A stretch of 63,917 bases of DNA, the filler included, from a bacterium (GTDB lineage Bacteria > JBBIVP01), in the NCBI GenBank assembly GCA_037439705.1. It is 9 parts of 9 records of this genome, joined end to end, with 100 filler letters (N's around TTAATTAATTAA, not from the genome) between each part and the next. Parts side by side here need not be neighbours in the genome. Positions count along the whole stretch, not along the records: positions 7,778 to 15,409 come from JBBIVP010000107.1; positions 15,510 to 22,899 come from JBBIVP010000108.1; 7 more parts are not named here. One strand, written 5' to 3'. This document shows, one piece after another, positions 9,743-19,102 of the stretch. The notes under the pieces were generated by a model, which was given only the letters and a program-made list of their open reading frames with translations, searched no databases and had not been told where the DNA came from. Position numbers and translations under genes: made by a program. Numbering within the stretch: position 1 is the stretch's first letter; every line of letters starts with the position of its first letter.

Positions 9743-10668
9743 AGGTTTATTTTGACACAGCTCCAGAGATTGAAGAAAAATCCTCATATGCTATTGGTGC
9801 TTTTGATGGAATTCACAGAGGACACAGGCTCATCCTTCAGGAATTGAAAAAATTAAAAGAAAAAGGATATATCCCGTCAATACTTTCATTCTTCCCTCAT
9901 CCAGATGTTCTGTTAAGAAAAAAATTTGACCTGATATTTCCAGTAGAAGAAAGGATATGGCAGATAGAAAATGAAGGGATTGAAAAATTGGTCTTTTTAA
10001 AATTTGACAGAGAAATTGCTGAAATGGAACCCGAGGAATTTGTAAAGAAGGTTCTCAAAAAAGTTCTCAATGCAGAATGGGTGATAACAGGAAGGAATTT
10101 CACATTCGGAAAAAGGGGAAAAGGAAATCCAGAACTTCTTATAAAATTGTGTTCAGAAAACGGAATAAATGCAAAAGTTGTAGAACTTCTCTCTCACAAT
10201 GGAACACCGATAAGCAGTAGTTTGATAAGGGAAGAACTTAAAAAAGGAAATCTGGAAAGGGCAGAATTTCTTCTCGGGTACAACTACTACATAAGGGGAA
10301 GGGTAATCAAAGGCGATGGTCTCGGGAAAAAAATTGGATTTCCTACAGCGAACATTTATCCTTTCTGGAATGTGATAATTCCAGATGGAGTTTATGCGGT
10401 AAGGTGTGAAATAGAAGGTAAGAAGGGTAAATTCATTGGAGCAATGAGTATTGGTCCGAGACCAACATTCAGCAAAATGGAAAGGGTTATGGAGGTTTAT
10501 ATTATTGACTTCAAGGAGGATATATATTTCAGGGAGATTAAAATAGAGTTTTTGAAAAGGATAAGGGAGATTAAAAAATTTGGAACCATTAAAGAACTAA
10601 TAAATCAGATTGAAAGGGATGTGGAAGAAGTGAAAAGAGGATGGACAAAAATGTCAAAAATTGATTGA
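9739..10668 (+). CDS. ribF: Bifunctional riboflavin kinase/FAD synthetase
   Basis: GAFDGIHRGH, ISSSLIR, GFPTAN, GVYAV and GPRPTF. Confidence 0.95.
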   Translation: MKVYFDTAPEIEEKSSYAIGAFDGIHRGHRLILQELKKLKEKGYIPSILSFFPHPDVLLRKKFDLIFPVEERIWQIENEGIEKLVFLKFDREIAEMEPEEFVKKVLKKVLNAEWVITGRNFTFGKRGKGNPELLIKLCSENGINAKVVELLSHNGTPISSSLIREELKKGNLERAEFLLGYNYYIRGRVIKGDGLGKKIGFPTANIYPFWNVIIPDGVYAVRCEIEGKKGKFIGAMSIGPRPTFSKMERVMEVYIIDFKEDIYFREIKIEFLKRIREIKKFGTIKELINQIERDVEEVKRGWTKMSKID

Positions 10669-10693
10669 CAAATAAAATTTTAAAAATTATAAT
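10665..10693 (+). promoter_or_regulatory. Perfect consensus sigma70 promoter for the small peptide gene
   Basis: TTGACA-N17-TATAAT, then 7 nt to ATG 10701. Confidence 0.85.
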
Positions 10694-10700
10694 GTCTTAC

Positions 10701-10850
10701 ATGAAGAAAAGTGAAAAGAAAGAAGAGAATAAGAAGAAAAGGTTTAAAAAGCCGAGAATTTTAAGGGAGATGGATATAGAAACAAGGGCCGGATATTGTG
10801 GGAGCACGGGAAAAATCACAATTCCTCCCTGCACAATTCAGTTTTCATAA
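10701..10850 (+). CDS. 49-aa putative RiPP precursor peptide
   Basis: MKKSEKKEENKKKRFKKPRILREMDIETRAGYCGSTGKITIPPCTIQFS has a charged leader with an F-x-K-P-x-I motif and a two-Cys core, and a dedicated promoter. Confidence 0.7.
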   Translation: MKKSEKKEENKKKRFKKPRILREMDIETRAGYCGSTGKITIPPCTIQFS

Positions 10851-10865
10851 AAGGGGCTTTAACTC

Positions 10866-11645
10866 TTATACAGAAAATATATCCCTCATAGTAAAGAGAC
10901 CTTTATCTTTTTTTATTATCCATTTAGCACCTTCAATTGCTCCCCTTGCAAAGCAGTCTCTATTTAATGCACGATGGGTAATCTCTATCCTTTCACCATC
11001 AAGGATAAAAAATACTGTATGCTCTCCAACTATATCTCCTCCCCTCATAACCTGAAACCCTATTTCTTCCTGCTTTCTTTCGCCGGTAATTCCTTCCCTT
11101 GAAAATTTTGCAATTTCCTTTAATTTTTTCCCCCTTGCTTTTGCAATAATTTCACCAAGTTTCAGAGCGGTTCCACTCGGTGCATCTTTCTTATACCTGT
11201 GGTGGGCTTCAAATATCTCAACCTCCGCATAGAGTAAAAGTTGAGCCAGTTTTTCTACAAGAGAAAAAGTTATGTTTACCCCCCTGCTCATATTTGGAGA
11301 AATGAGAATTGGAATTTTTTCGGAAGCGGATTTAAAGTATTCAAGTTCTTCCTGGGAAAATCCGGTGGTACCTACAACAACTGGAATTTTTCTCTCAACA
11401 AAATGTGGAAGAAGGCTTAAAGATGCGGATTTGGTAGTAAAATCAATCGCCACATCCGCCTTTACATCAGGAAAAGGGGGAAATCCGTAAACCTTTATCT
11501 TTTTCTCACCAATTTCAAATTCTCCTTTCAGAGAAAGGGGATGGTCCTTCCTTTCCAGTCCTATAACTTCAAAACCATCTTCAACAGCAATTGCAGATAT
11601 TCTCCCCCCCATCCTTCCACCTATACCGCAAATAAGTGCCTTCAT
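10866..11645 (-). CDS. dapB: 4-hydroxy-tetrahydrodipicolinate reductase
   Basis: GxxGRMG, VGTTG, EAHHRYKKDAPSGTA and RGGDIVGEH. Confidence 0.97.
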   Translation of the reverse strand: MKALICGIGGRMGGRISAIAVEDGFEVIGLERKDHPLSLKGEFEIGEKKIKVYGFPPFPDVKADVAIDFTTKSASLSLLPHFVERKIPVVVGTTGFSQEELEYFKSASEKIPILISPNMSRGVNITFSLVEKLAQLLLYAEVEIFEAHHRYKKDAPSGTALKLGEIIAKARGKKLKEIAKFSREGITGERKQEEIGFQVMRGGDIVGEHTVFFILDGERIEITHRALNRDCFARGAIEGAKWIIKKDKGLFTMRDIFSV

Positions 11646-12517
11646 ATCTTTTTCATTTCCTTAAGAACTTCTTTAATAAGATTCACTGTAGATTGAGATG
11701 GTTCAACAAGGGGAAGCCTAAATGAACCATCACAGAAACCCATAAATTTCAGCATGGTTTTTACAGGAATTGGGTTTGTTTCTATAAATAAAGCCTTGAA
11801 GAGCGGTAATAAATTATAATGAATTTCCCTCGCCCTTTTGTAATCTCCATTAATGGCGGATTTTATCATTTCTGACATTTCCCCGGGTGCCACATTGCTG
11901 GTTGCAGAGATCGCTCCTTTTCCACCAACACTTATGAGAGGAAGTGTCAATACATCTTCCCCGGAAAGTACCGAGAATTCGCTACCGGATTTTGAAATTA
12001 TTTCGCATGCCTGAGAAATTGAACCCGATGCCTCTTTTATTCCCACTATATTTTTTATCTCGGAAAGCCTCTTTATTGTTTCAGGAAGAATATTCACCCC
12101 ACTTCTTGATGGAATGTTATAAACAATAATTGGAATATCCACAGAAAGGGCTATTTCCTTGTAGTGCTGATATATTCCTTCCTGCGTTGGCTTGTTGTAA
12201 TAGGGACATACCAGCAACACCCCATCTGCGCCTGCATCCTTTGCCATTTTTGTCAATTTTATGGTAGTGGCAGTAGAATTCGTCCCAGTTCCGGGAATGA
12301 CGAGTGCCTTTCTATTTATGAACTCCAAAGTTTTTTCTATTATCTTCTTCCTCTCCTCCTCCGTGAGTGTAGCGGATTCTCCCGTAGTTCCGCATGGAAC
12401 TACTCCCTTTGTTCCATTATCCAGCTGAAACTTTATCAACCTCTCAAGTGCTTCATAATCCACTTCTTTTCCGTTTTTGAAAGGTGTAATCAGTGCCACG
12501 AAACTTCCTTCAAACAT
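11642..12517 (-). CDS. dapA: 4-hydroxy-tetrahydrodipicolinate synthase
   Basis: CGTTGES, PYYNKP, YNIPSR, GIKEASG and ETNPIPVK. Confidence 0.97.
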   Translation of the reverse strand: MFEGSFVALITPFKNGKEVDYEALERLIKFQLDNGTKGVVPCGTTGESATLTEEERKKIIEKTLEFINRKALVIPGTGTNSTATTIKLTKMAKDAGADGVLLVCPYYNKPTQEGIYQHYKEIALSVDIPIIVYNIPSRSGVNILPETIKRLSEIKNIVGIKEASGSISQACEIISKSGSEFSVLSGEDVLTLPLISVGGKGAISATSNVAPGEMSEMIKSAINGDYKRAREIHYNLLPLFKALFIETNPIPVKTMLKFMGFCDGSFRLPLVEPSQSTVNLIKEVLKEMKKI

Positions 12518-12519
12518 TT

Positions 12520-13335
12520 TTAACCTCCTTCTTTTTCCTTAACAGAAAACCTAAATGAAACCTCTATTTCTTTCAAGGTATTTCCATCTTTATCTTTTAA
12601 ACTTATTGGAATAATAATTTCACTGTCTTCACTGAGTTTTATCTCTCCTGTTGAAAGAAGTATTAAAGGCTTTTCCTCTATTTTTTTTACCTCTTCAACC
12701 TTTTGAACCGGAACCTGAACGAATACAGGTTTTTCTTCAAGTTTCACCTCAACTGACTCCTTTATTGCCCTCAAAACCATCTTGCATATTGTTGTAAGGG
12801 TTTCAAGAACCCCTTTTCCCTTCGTGGCACAGGCTTCTATGTAAGGAGCATTGTATTTGTTCAACACTCTGTTGAGTTCTTCAACAGATGAAATATCAGG
12901 AATGTCTCTTTTATTAAACTGGAGAACATGGGGAATATCCTTAAGGCTCCTTTTATAAAATGCAAGATTTTCTTCAAGGTTTTCAAAACTTTCAATGTTC
13001 TGGGCGAATTTATCCCTTGAGGAATCCGCAACAAAAACGATTCCGTCCACATTTTTCAAAATGAGTTTCCTTGTAGCATTGTAAAATACCTGCCCCGGAA
13101 CTGTATAAACCTGAAACCTAGTTTTCATTCCTTTTACCTCTCCAAGTTCAATGGGAAGGAAGTCAAAGAAGAGAGTTCTGTCGGTCTGGGTGGCAAGAAC
13201 TGTAAGTTTTCCCTTATGTTCGGGTTTCAATTTTCTGTATATGTAATGGATGTTTGTTGTTTTTCCGGAAAGCCCTGGTCCATAATAAACAATCTTCGCA
13301 TTTACTTCGTTTGTTTTTTCATCAACAATAGGCAT
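12520..13335 (-). CDS. mglA: MglA-family small GTPase with a C-terminal extension of about 75 aa
   Basis: KIVYYGPGLSGKTTN, DRTLFFDF, YTVPGQ and NKRD motifs. Confidence 0.85.
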   Translation of the reverse strand: MPIVDEKTNEVNAKIVYYGPGLSGKTTNIHYIYRKLKPEHKGKLTVLATQTDRTLFFDFLPIELGEVKGMKTRFQVYTVPGQVFYNATRKLILKNVDGIVFVADSSRDKFAQNIESFENLEENLAFYKRSLKDIPHVLQFNKRDIPDISSVEELNRVLNKYNAPYIEACATKGKGVLETLTTICKMVLRAIKESVEVKLEEKPVFVQVPVQKVEEVKKIEEKPLILLSTGEIKLSEDSEIIIPISLKDKDGNTLKEIEVSFRFSVKEKEGG

Positions 13336-14409
13336 CTACTTATTCTCCTCCTTCTTTTTTAATATACCTTTAGCCATTGAAGCAAGAGAAGAAGGAACAT
13401 TTTTGTCCTTTGATATTGCCTTTATATCTCTCTCTGAGAGGGTATGCAAAAGCTTTGAAGATATGTATAAAGGGGTTTTTGGATTTTGAACAAGAGAAAG
13501 CCTGATTTTATAATTTCTCAACCAGATCCTGGTATTGCCTATCTCGGCAAGGATGTCTTCATGAATACTTCTTGAACGAACGAGCTCTTCAACATCTCCC
13601 TCTCTTGTTTTTGGACTTTTTAAGGCTGTTATTGCAATGAGTTTGTTTGAGTCTCTCATCAACATCTTGCGGACCTCTGAATTCCCCACTATAGCAAGTT
13701 TTATTTTCTTGGAAGCAGTGGAAGTGGAAATAATTTTTGCCATTTTCTCCCTTTTTTCCTCTGATGTTTCCTCTTCCTCCATAAGGAATTCCTTCGGAAT
13801 TGGAATTTCCTCAAGGCTTTCGCCCTGAAGGAGTTCAATAACATCCTTTGGGAGAGAGACTTTTTTAAGGAGTTCTTTTTCTTCTTCTGATGGGACATAT
13901 TTCTCAACTGCCTCTTCCTTCTTTTCAGAAATTCCAACAAGTTCCCTTATGTATTCCCTTGTTGGGAGGTCAAGGTTTGGATTTTTAATAAGCTCCCCTG
14001 CCACATCTGGATACCTTTGAAGGAGTGTGGTATTTGCGGAAAGTGACTTTAAAACCTCTTGGTCATTATCCTTAGCAATCTCTCTTAATATGTCCGGAGG
14101 GGTATTTGGATTCTTTATGAGATTTCTCTTTACAAAACTTGATTTTATGTGGATGTATATTTCTCTCAAAACCTTTTCAGAAGATATCTTCAAAAGGGCA
14201 TCCGTCCATACCTCTAATGGAATTTTTGAGATGGTTCTTTCTGCATTCCTTCTTATTTCTTCATTTTCATCGTGTAATAGATAAATAAGAATGGGAACCA
14301 ACTCATGAGGAGGAATGGAAATTAGACCACGGGATATAAAATTTTTTTCTTTTTCTTCCTTTATGTATGCTCTGAGCTCGTCTGGAAGTTCGTCAACTTT
14401 GAATATCAA
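13336..14409 (-). CDS. Conserved helical-repeat (LRV/HEAT-like) hypothetical protein
   Basis: Repeated NPNTP/NPNL/NPKTP units and a KIKLAIVGNSEVRKMLMRDSNK motif. Confidence 0.6.
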   Translation of the reverse strand: MIFKVDELPDELRAYIKEEKEKNFISRGLISIPPHELVPILIYLLHDENEEIRRNAERTISKIPLEVWTDALLKISSEKVLREIYIHIKSSFVKRNLIKNPNTPPDILREIAKDNDQEVLKSLSANTTLLQRYPDVAGELIKNPNLDLPTREYIRELVGISEKKEEAVEKYVPSEEEKELLKKVSLPKDVIELLQGESLEEIPIPKEFLMEEEETSEEKREKMAKIISTSTASKKIKLAIVGNSEVRKMLMRDSNKLIAITALKSPKTREGDVEELVRSRSIHEDILAEIGNTRIWLRNYKIRLSLVQNPKTPLYISSKLLHTLSERDIKAISKDKNVPSSLASMAKGILKKKEENK

Positions 14410-14410
14410 T

Positions 14411-15409
14411 TTATTCTGTTTTTTGAGAGCTTATTCTAAATTTTTTAAGGGCACTCCTTAAAACAGCTTCCTTATCGCCTTCCACAGGAAGGGTCACAAT
14501 AGTCCACGAAACATCTTTTGAAATATTAACCCTCAATCTTGCCGGGAGTCCGGCATTTGAAAGCATCGTCCTTAACTCATTAGCTTTAATTATTGTATCG
14601 TAACTTCCGCAGGAAAGCTGGACGCCTTTTTTACTGCATTTAGCACCGAGTATGTCAAGTTTTAACTTCACAGCCTCCTCTTCTGCCGGAGTAAATGTTG
14701 CATCAAGATAAATTTCATACAATTCTTTTGAGGTTTCCTTCTTGTCCTCGGATTTCAAACCAACTCCATTTCTTGCAAGAACATCCCTCACCGTTTTCAA
14801 ATCCCTTTCACTTTTTATATTGGAGATTGTGATTATAAATTTCGGAGAAGGTGGAGGTGCTGAAACAACCTGTGGAGGTTGCTCCTGAGATGGCGGCGGA
14901 GTAGAAACCTCTTTTGGTTTTTCTTCTGCTTGAGAAGGTGTAGTAGGCTCTTTCGCCACTTCTACTTTCTTCTCTTCGGGCACAGGTGGAACTGTGATTT
15001 TAGCAGAAGACTTTTCTGAAGAAGTTTGAGACAGGTTCTTTAGAGGTCCTGCAACCCATAATATTCCTGCAAGAAGAAGGACAAAGAATCCGCCTGCGAA
15101 GAAACCCATTATAAAAGGAAGAATTGGTGATGTCTTCTGGACGACTATTTCTTTAACAGGTTGAGGAGGGGGTTCTATAACTTTTGGAGGAGGTGCTGGT
15201 TTCTGGGGTTCTACCTTACCTTCTTGTTTGGGAGGAGGTGGAGGTGATGGTTTTTTAGGGGGAGGAGTGGGAGGTTTCATTTCTTCCTCTGCTGGTGGAT
15301 GAATAAGAAAGTCTGAAAGTTCCTCGTGAACCTCTTTTACCTTCGGTTTTTCAACCTCTTTTTTCTCCACGATTTTTGGTGGTGGGGTAACATATTCTTC
15401 AAGAAGCTC
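14411..15409 (-). CDS. Bitopic Pro-rich membrane protein with a SPOR-like C-terminal region, 5'-partial
   Basis: The frame is open to the contig end. Pro/Glu-rich linkers flank one TM helix; C-terminal GSYDTIIKANELRTMLSNAGL is SPOR-like. Confidence 0.5.
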   Translation of the reverse strand, partial: ELLEEYVTPPPKIVEKKEVEKPKVKEVHEELSDFLIHPPAEEEMKPPTPPPKKPSPPPPPKQEGKVEPQKPAPPPKVIEPPPQPVKEIVVQKTSPILPFIMGFFAGGFFVLLLAGILWVAGPLKNLSQTSSEKSSAKITVPPVPEEKKVEVAKEPTTPSQAEEKPKEVSTPPPSQEQPPQVVSAPPPSPKFIITISNIKSERDLKTVRDVLARNGVGLKSEDKKETSKELYEIYLDATFTPAEEEAVKLKLDILGAKCSKKGVQLSCGSYDTIIKANELRTMLSNAGLPARLRVNISKDVSWTIVTLPVEGDKEAVLRSALKKFRISSQKTE

Positions 15410-15509
15410 NNNNNNNNNNNNNNNNNNNNNNNNNNNNNNNNNNNNNNNNNNNNTTAATTAATTAANNNNNNNNNNNNNNNNNNNNNNNNNNNNNNNNNNN
15501 NNNNNNNNN
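15410..15509. other. Artificial contig linker
   Basis: N44-TTAATTAATTAA-N44. Confidence 0.98.
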
Positions 15510-16471
15510 CTTTCAAGATAATTCTCGCCAAGGTTTTCACATTGTGAGGTATCGCCGATGGTATTGAGGAAGTTATAAAAAGAATTTTCTGCCTCCTCGG
15601 TCGCCATCGCTTTCATAATGCTCCTGAAAATTGTAAACACAAAAGGTTCAGACATATCAAAATCCAGCGACCCCACATGGGTGCCATTCTTGAGAAGTAT
15701 CATAAACTTGGGAGATTCCGCATAATCGTATATTCTCTCTATGTTTGTATCAAACCTCACGAACATATCTTTATCCCCGCCTAAAATTAGTAATGGAAGG
15801 GACTTTCCCTCAAAGACCTCCTTCTTCAAAAAGCATGCAAAAGGCGAAATCGGAGCAACTGCTTTTATCCTTTCATCCCTTACCCCATCATAAAATCCAG
15901 CAAGGATTGAAGTTAGACCTCCAAGAGAATGTCCTGTTAGTCCTATTTTTTCATTAGAAATCATATTATACAGAATATTGTCTTCTTTTGATGAGAGTTC
16001 CATTGCTTTTGTAATCAAAAAGCTTACATCACCTGGCTGGTTTATCACATCTGCTGGATTCATGCCTACAAATTTTTTAAAGGATGAAAGAGGAAAGTCC
16101 GGAGAAAAAACTACATATCCGTGACTTGCAAGATGTTTGCAAATAAAACTGGACTGGTTTCTAAAAGACATAGCTCCATGAGCAAAAATTATCAGTGGAT
16201 ACGGTCCTTCTTCCACATAAGGAGTTGCATTTCTTTCTGGTTTTGATGCGCTTCCACTTAATGCAGGATACCATATCTCTGTAACAAGGGTTCTTGAATT
16301 CTCCTCTGGAAAACTTTCTGTAGCCGGGGTTTTCCTTGAGGTATCGTAAAAAGTGTATGTGACAACTCCAACTGTGAATTTTCCTTCTTCAAAAGGCGTG
16401 AGGTCCACTTTTTCCTCACCACATGAAACAAGAAAAAGAATTAAATACCATGCTTTATTTTTAAAATTCAT
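15510..16471 (-). CDS. Alpha/beta-hydrolase lipoprotein (PAF-AH/chlorophyllase-like), 3'-partial
   Basis: Lipobox LVSC; EIWYPA, PLIIFAHG, HLASHGYVV and nucleophile elbow GHSLGG. Confidence 0.85.
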
Positions 16472-17087
16472 ACTTTTCCCTCTTCTTTTCAAAACCTATC
16501 CCTGTTTCTGCCTTTAACTTTATCGCCCGAACTGTCACAAGAACTGCTGATGTAAGGGCTGCTGTCCCAAGAATCGGTCTGTTTTTCGTAACAAATTCGT
16601 AAACTGCCTTTACAAAAAAGTTAGGAGGTTTTATATCAAAGGAAAGCCTGTAGACAACCACGGTTTTATCATCCAGGGGATAAAGCCTCCAGAAACCCTC
16701 GCTGTAGGAGAGGTCTCCTTTAATGAAATCCCATGTGACCTCATTTTCCTTAAGGTAATACTTGATAGTGTAGGATATCTTTACAGGAATTATCGCAAGG
16801 TCTGATTTAAGATGAAATCTGGCAGTGATTGTATTATGAGACTTTTCAATTATATCCACCCTTTTCACATCGGAAAATACATCGGGATATCTCTCAAAAT
16901 CAGTTATAACCCCGTAAACCCTTTTAGGTGGTGCATGAACGAGAACTATTGCTTCAACGAACTCCCTTCCGTTTTTCTTTTCGCTCTCAACCAGGATAAT
17001 TTCTCCTCTCGAGAGATAGTCTTTCAGAACCGAAAAATCCTCCTTACTCAGAAGGAGAATTGATAACAGAATTAATCTATATGTCAC
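16461..17087 (-). CDS. SRPBCC/START (polyketide cyclase-like) lipid-binding protein with a signal peptide
   Basis: VHAPPKRVYGVITDFERYPDVF and GDLSYSEGFWRLYP. Confidence 0.8.
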   Translation of the reverse strand: MTYRLILLSILLLSKEDFSVLKDYLSRGEIILVESEKKNGREFVEAIVLVHAPPKRVYGVITDFERYPDVFSDVKRVDIIEKSHNTITARFHLKSDLAIIPVKISYTIKYYLKENEVTWDFIKGDLSYSEGFWRLYPLDDKTVVVYRLSFDIKPPNFFVKAVYEFVTKNRPILGTAALTSAVLVTVRAIKLKAETGIGFEKKREKYEF

Positions 17088-17090
17088 ATT

Positions 17091-17873
17091 TCACTTTTTC
17101 AGGATATTTGCGATGGCAACGGAATTTTCATAAACAACAAGATTTGTGGAGCCTATTGGAGCAGTTGGAGTCCCTGCGTAAGCAGTGATCACAGCTTCGC
17201 CAGGAGGAGCGTTTCCAACTATGAATGTTCCGGATTCATCGGTTTTGTCCAGGAGTTCGGGAGGCATGCCTCCGGATACATAAAAATACCTTGTTAAATC
17301 ATCCGCATTGCTTATAGGAACTGTCGCTCCTTCCACATATTTGGGCAATTGCGGATCTTCTATTATCAATCCCGCTACAACCCCATGCCCTTCTTCTATC
17401 TTATCAATCCCGAGGATACCAAGAAACGTACTTGCAAGGGTTGAACTTATGTGAACGAAAGTTTCTCCAGTTATATCTTTCTCAACCGGTCCTCCTACAA
17501 AGTGAAAATAATAGGTTGGATTTCCAAAGGCGTCTTTTTCAGGTCCTGCGCTCACAACCGCTGTAACATCCGTTCCCTTTGGAATACCTTCTATTCTTAC
17601 AAATCCATTCTCATCAGATACACCACAGGGAGGGATGAGGGTGTCATAATCCATAATTTTTACTACCGCACCAGAAACCTTTGTCCCCAGAATATACACC
17701 TCCACATTTCCCTCTATGCTCACTGTCTCTCCGTTGTAGACACAGGTGTTTCCATCCTTTGTCCATCCTGAAGGACAATCTCCTTCCCATGCGCATTCCT
17801 TCGGAACCTCCTTCCCTCCCTCCGCACAACCGAGCATTACCAGCATTGCCATTACCCCTATTACCTTTTTCAT
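17091..17873 (-). CDS. Lipoprotein with carboxypeptidase-regulatory-like beta-sandwich domains
   Basis: Lipobox MLGC; VSGAVVKI...SDENGFVRI and VEGATV...TDESGTFIVGNAPPG; SD GGAGG. Confidence 0.65.
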   Translation of the reverse strand: MKKVIGVMAMLVMLGCAEGGKEVPKECAWEGDCPSGWTKDGNTCVYNGETVSIEGNVEVYILGTKVSGAVVKIMDYDTLIPPCGVSDENGFVRIEGIPKGTDVTAVVSAGPEKDAFGNPTYYFHFVGGPVEKDITGETFVHISSTLASTFLGILGIDKIEEGHGVVAGLIIEDPQLPKYVEGATVPISNADDLTRYFYVSGGMPPELLDKTDESGTFIVGNAPPGEAVITAYAGTPTAPIGSTNLVVYENSVAIANILKK

Positions 17874-17965
17874 AACACACCTCCTTTTTTATAAATTCTT
17901 TCAAACCCTTCAAAAAATGTCAAGAGAAATTTTCTTCATCTCCTGACCAGCCACCTCTCCACTTA

Positions 17966-19102
17966 TTACAATTTTTTTAAAATCTCTAAGGATGTATCTT
18001 TTTTTATTCTACAATTTTCACCTTTCATCTCACAGGTTTTTTCGTCTATTTTTACAATATCTCCCCTTGAAATTTCATCAATCGGTTGATTCTTTGGAGA
18101 AGCGTCTCTCTCAAGCCTTTCAAAACACAGATACCTTTCTTTTTTACAGAGGTAAAACCTCTTTTTTCCCTTTTCCATTCTGAGATTGCTCACAACCCTT
18201 CCACCCTCCAGATAATTCTCTGGAAATGAAAATTTTCCCTTGAAAATTGTGAGATAGGAAAATCTGGGATGCTCTATTTCCCTTCCCAGTTCCCTGTTTA
18301 TGAGTTCCATGAAACGAACGGGTTCCCATCTGAGAGAAAAATGACACCATTCGTTTCTCGTTGAAACTTTCAGCATCGGACATTCCCTTATGAGAATGCA
18401 GGGAGCGATTATGCTTCCTTCCTGTCTCTCCTTAAAAAATATGTCCCTTATCTTCATTAAGCATCTCGTGGAATCCTTAAGAGCCGGTTCAATAATTACG
18501 AGAATGCCATTTTCGGAGAGAAGCTGGTCAAATATGAGGGAGATTTTTATCCAGAGAAACTCTATGTTAAACCCAAAAGCCTCTGTCAGGGAATTTATGA
18601 TGAGAATAAGATCAAAGTTTCCCATTTTTCTTATTCCAAAATCCTCCACATCCATTATCTTGTATTGATGGGGAAGGTTTAATCCTTCAAGGATGTTATA
18701 AGAAGGACTCCTTCTGTCAATACATACAATTTCAGAGGGTCTTTCTCCCAGTTCCTTTATAACTTCAAATCCTGCGAAAGAACCGGCACCCTGCCCGGCT
18801 CCTACATCAAGAATCCTCATATTTTTTTTAACCGACAAAAATGTAAATGTCTCTCTAAGAACACACAGGGTTTTTAAATAGCTCAGTGGTGAAAAAAAGG
18901 CAAGATAAGCCTTTTCAAATTTTTCATCAAATTCCTCTTTTACCGATGCCCTTTTATGTATAAAAATCTCAGAAAGCTGAAAGAGGGTTTCCCTCAATTC
19001 CTCAATTTTTTTCTTGAACCCCCTCTCACCGATTTCGTATATACCTTCAAGACCGAGTTGATATATTATCCATTTCTCAAGCCTTTCAGGGATCTCCAGC
19101 AT
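17966..19102 (-). CDS. Rsm22/METTL17-family SAM-dependent methyltransferase-like protein
   Basis: AYLAFF, ILDVGAGQG, IIEPA and the Cys motif APC-x5-CPM...WCHF...YLC. Confidence 0.8.
   Translation of the reverse strand: MLEIPERLEKWIIYQLGLEGIYEIGERGFKKKIEELRETLFQLSEIFIHKRASVKEEFDEKFEKAYLAFFSPLSYLKTLCVLRETFTFLSVKKNMRILDVGAGQGAGSFAGFEVIKELGERPSEIVCIDRRSPSYNILEGLNLPHQYKIMDVEDFGIRKMGNFDLILIINSLTEAFGFNIEFLWIKISLIFDQLLSENGILVIIEPALKDSTRCLMKIRDIFFKERQEGSIIAPCILIRECPMLKVSTRNEWCHFSLRWEPVRFMELINRELGREIEHPRFSYLTIFKGKFSFPENYLEGGRVVSNLRMEKGKKRFYLCKKERYLCFERLERDASPKNQPIDEISRGDIVKIDEKTCEMKGENCRIKKDTSLEILKKL

Noticed and set aside
10644-10655. GACA-AAAA-TGTC dyad upstream of the peptide promoter
   Set aside because: It is short, lies inside ribF coding sequence, and has different spacing from the shared motif; it could be chance.
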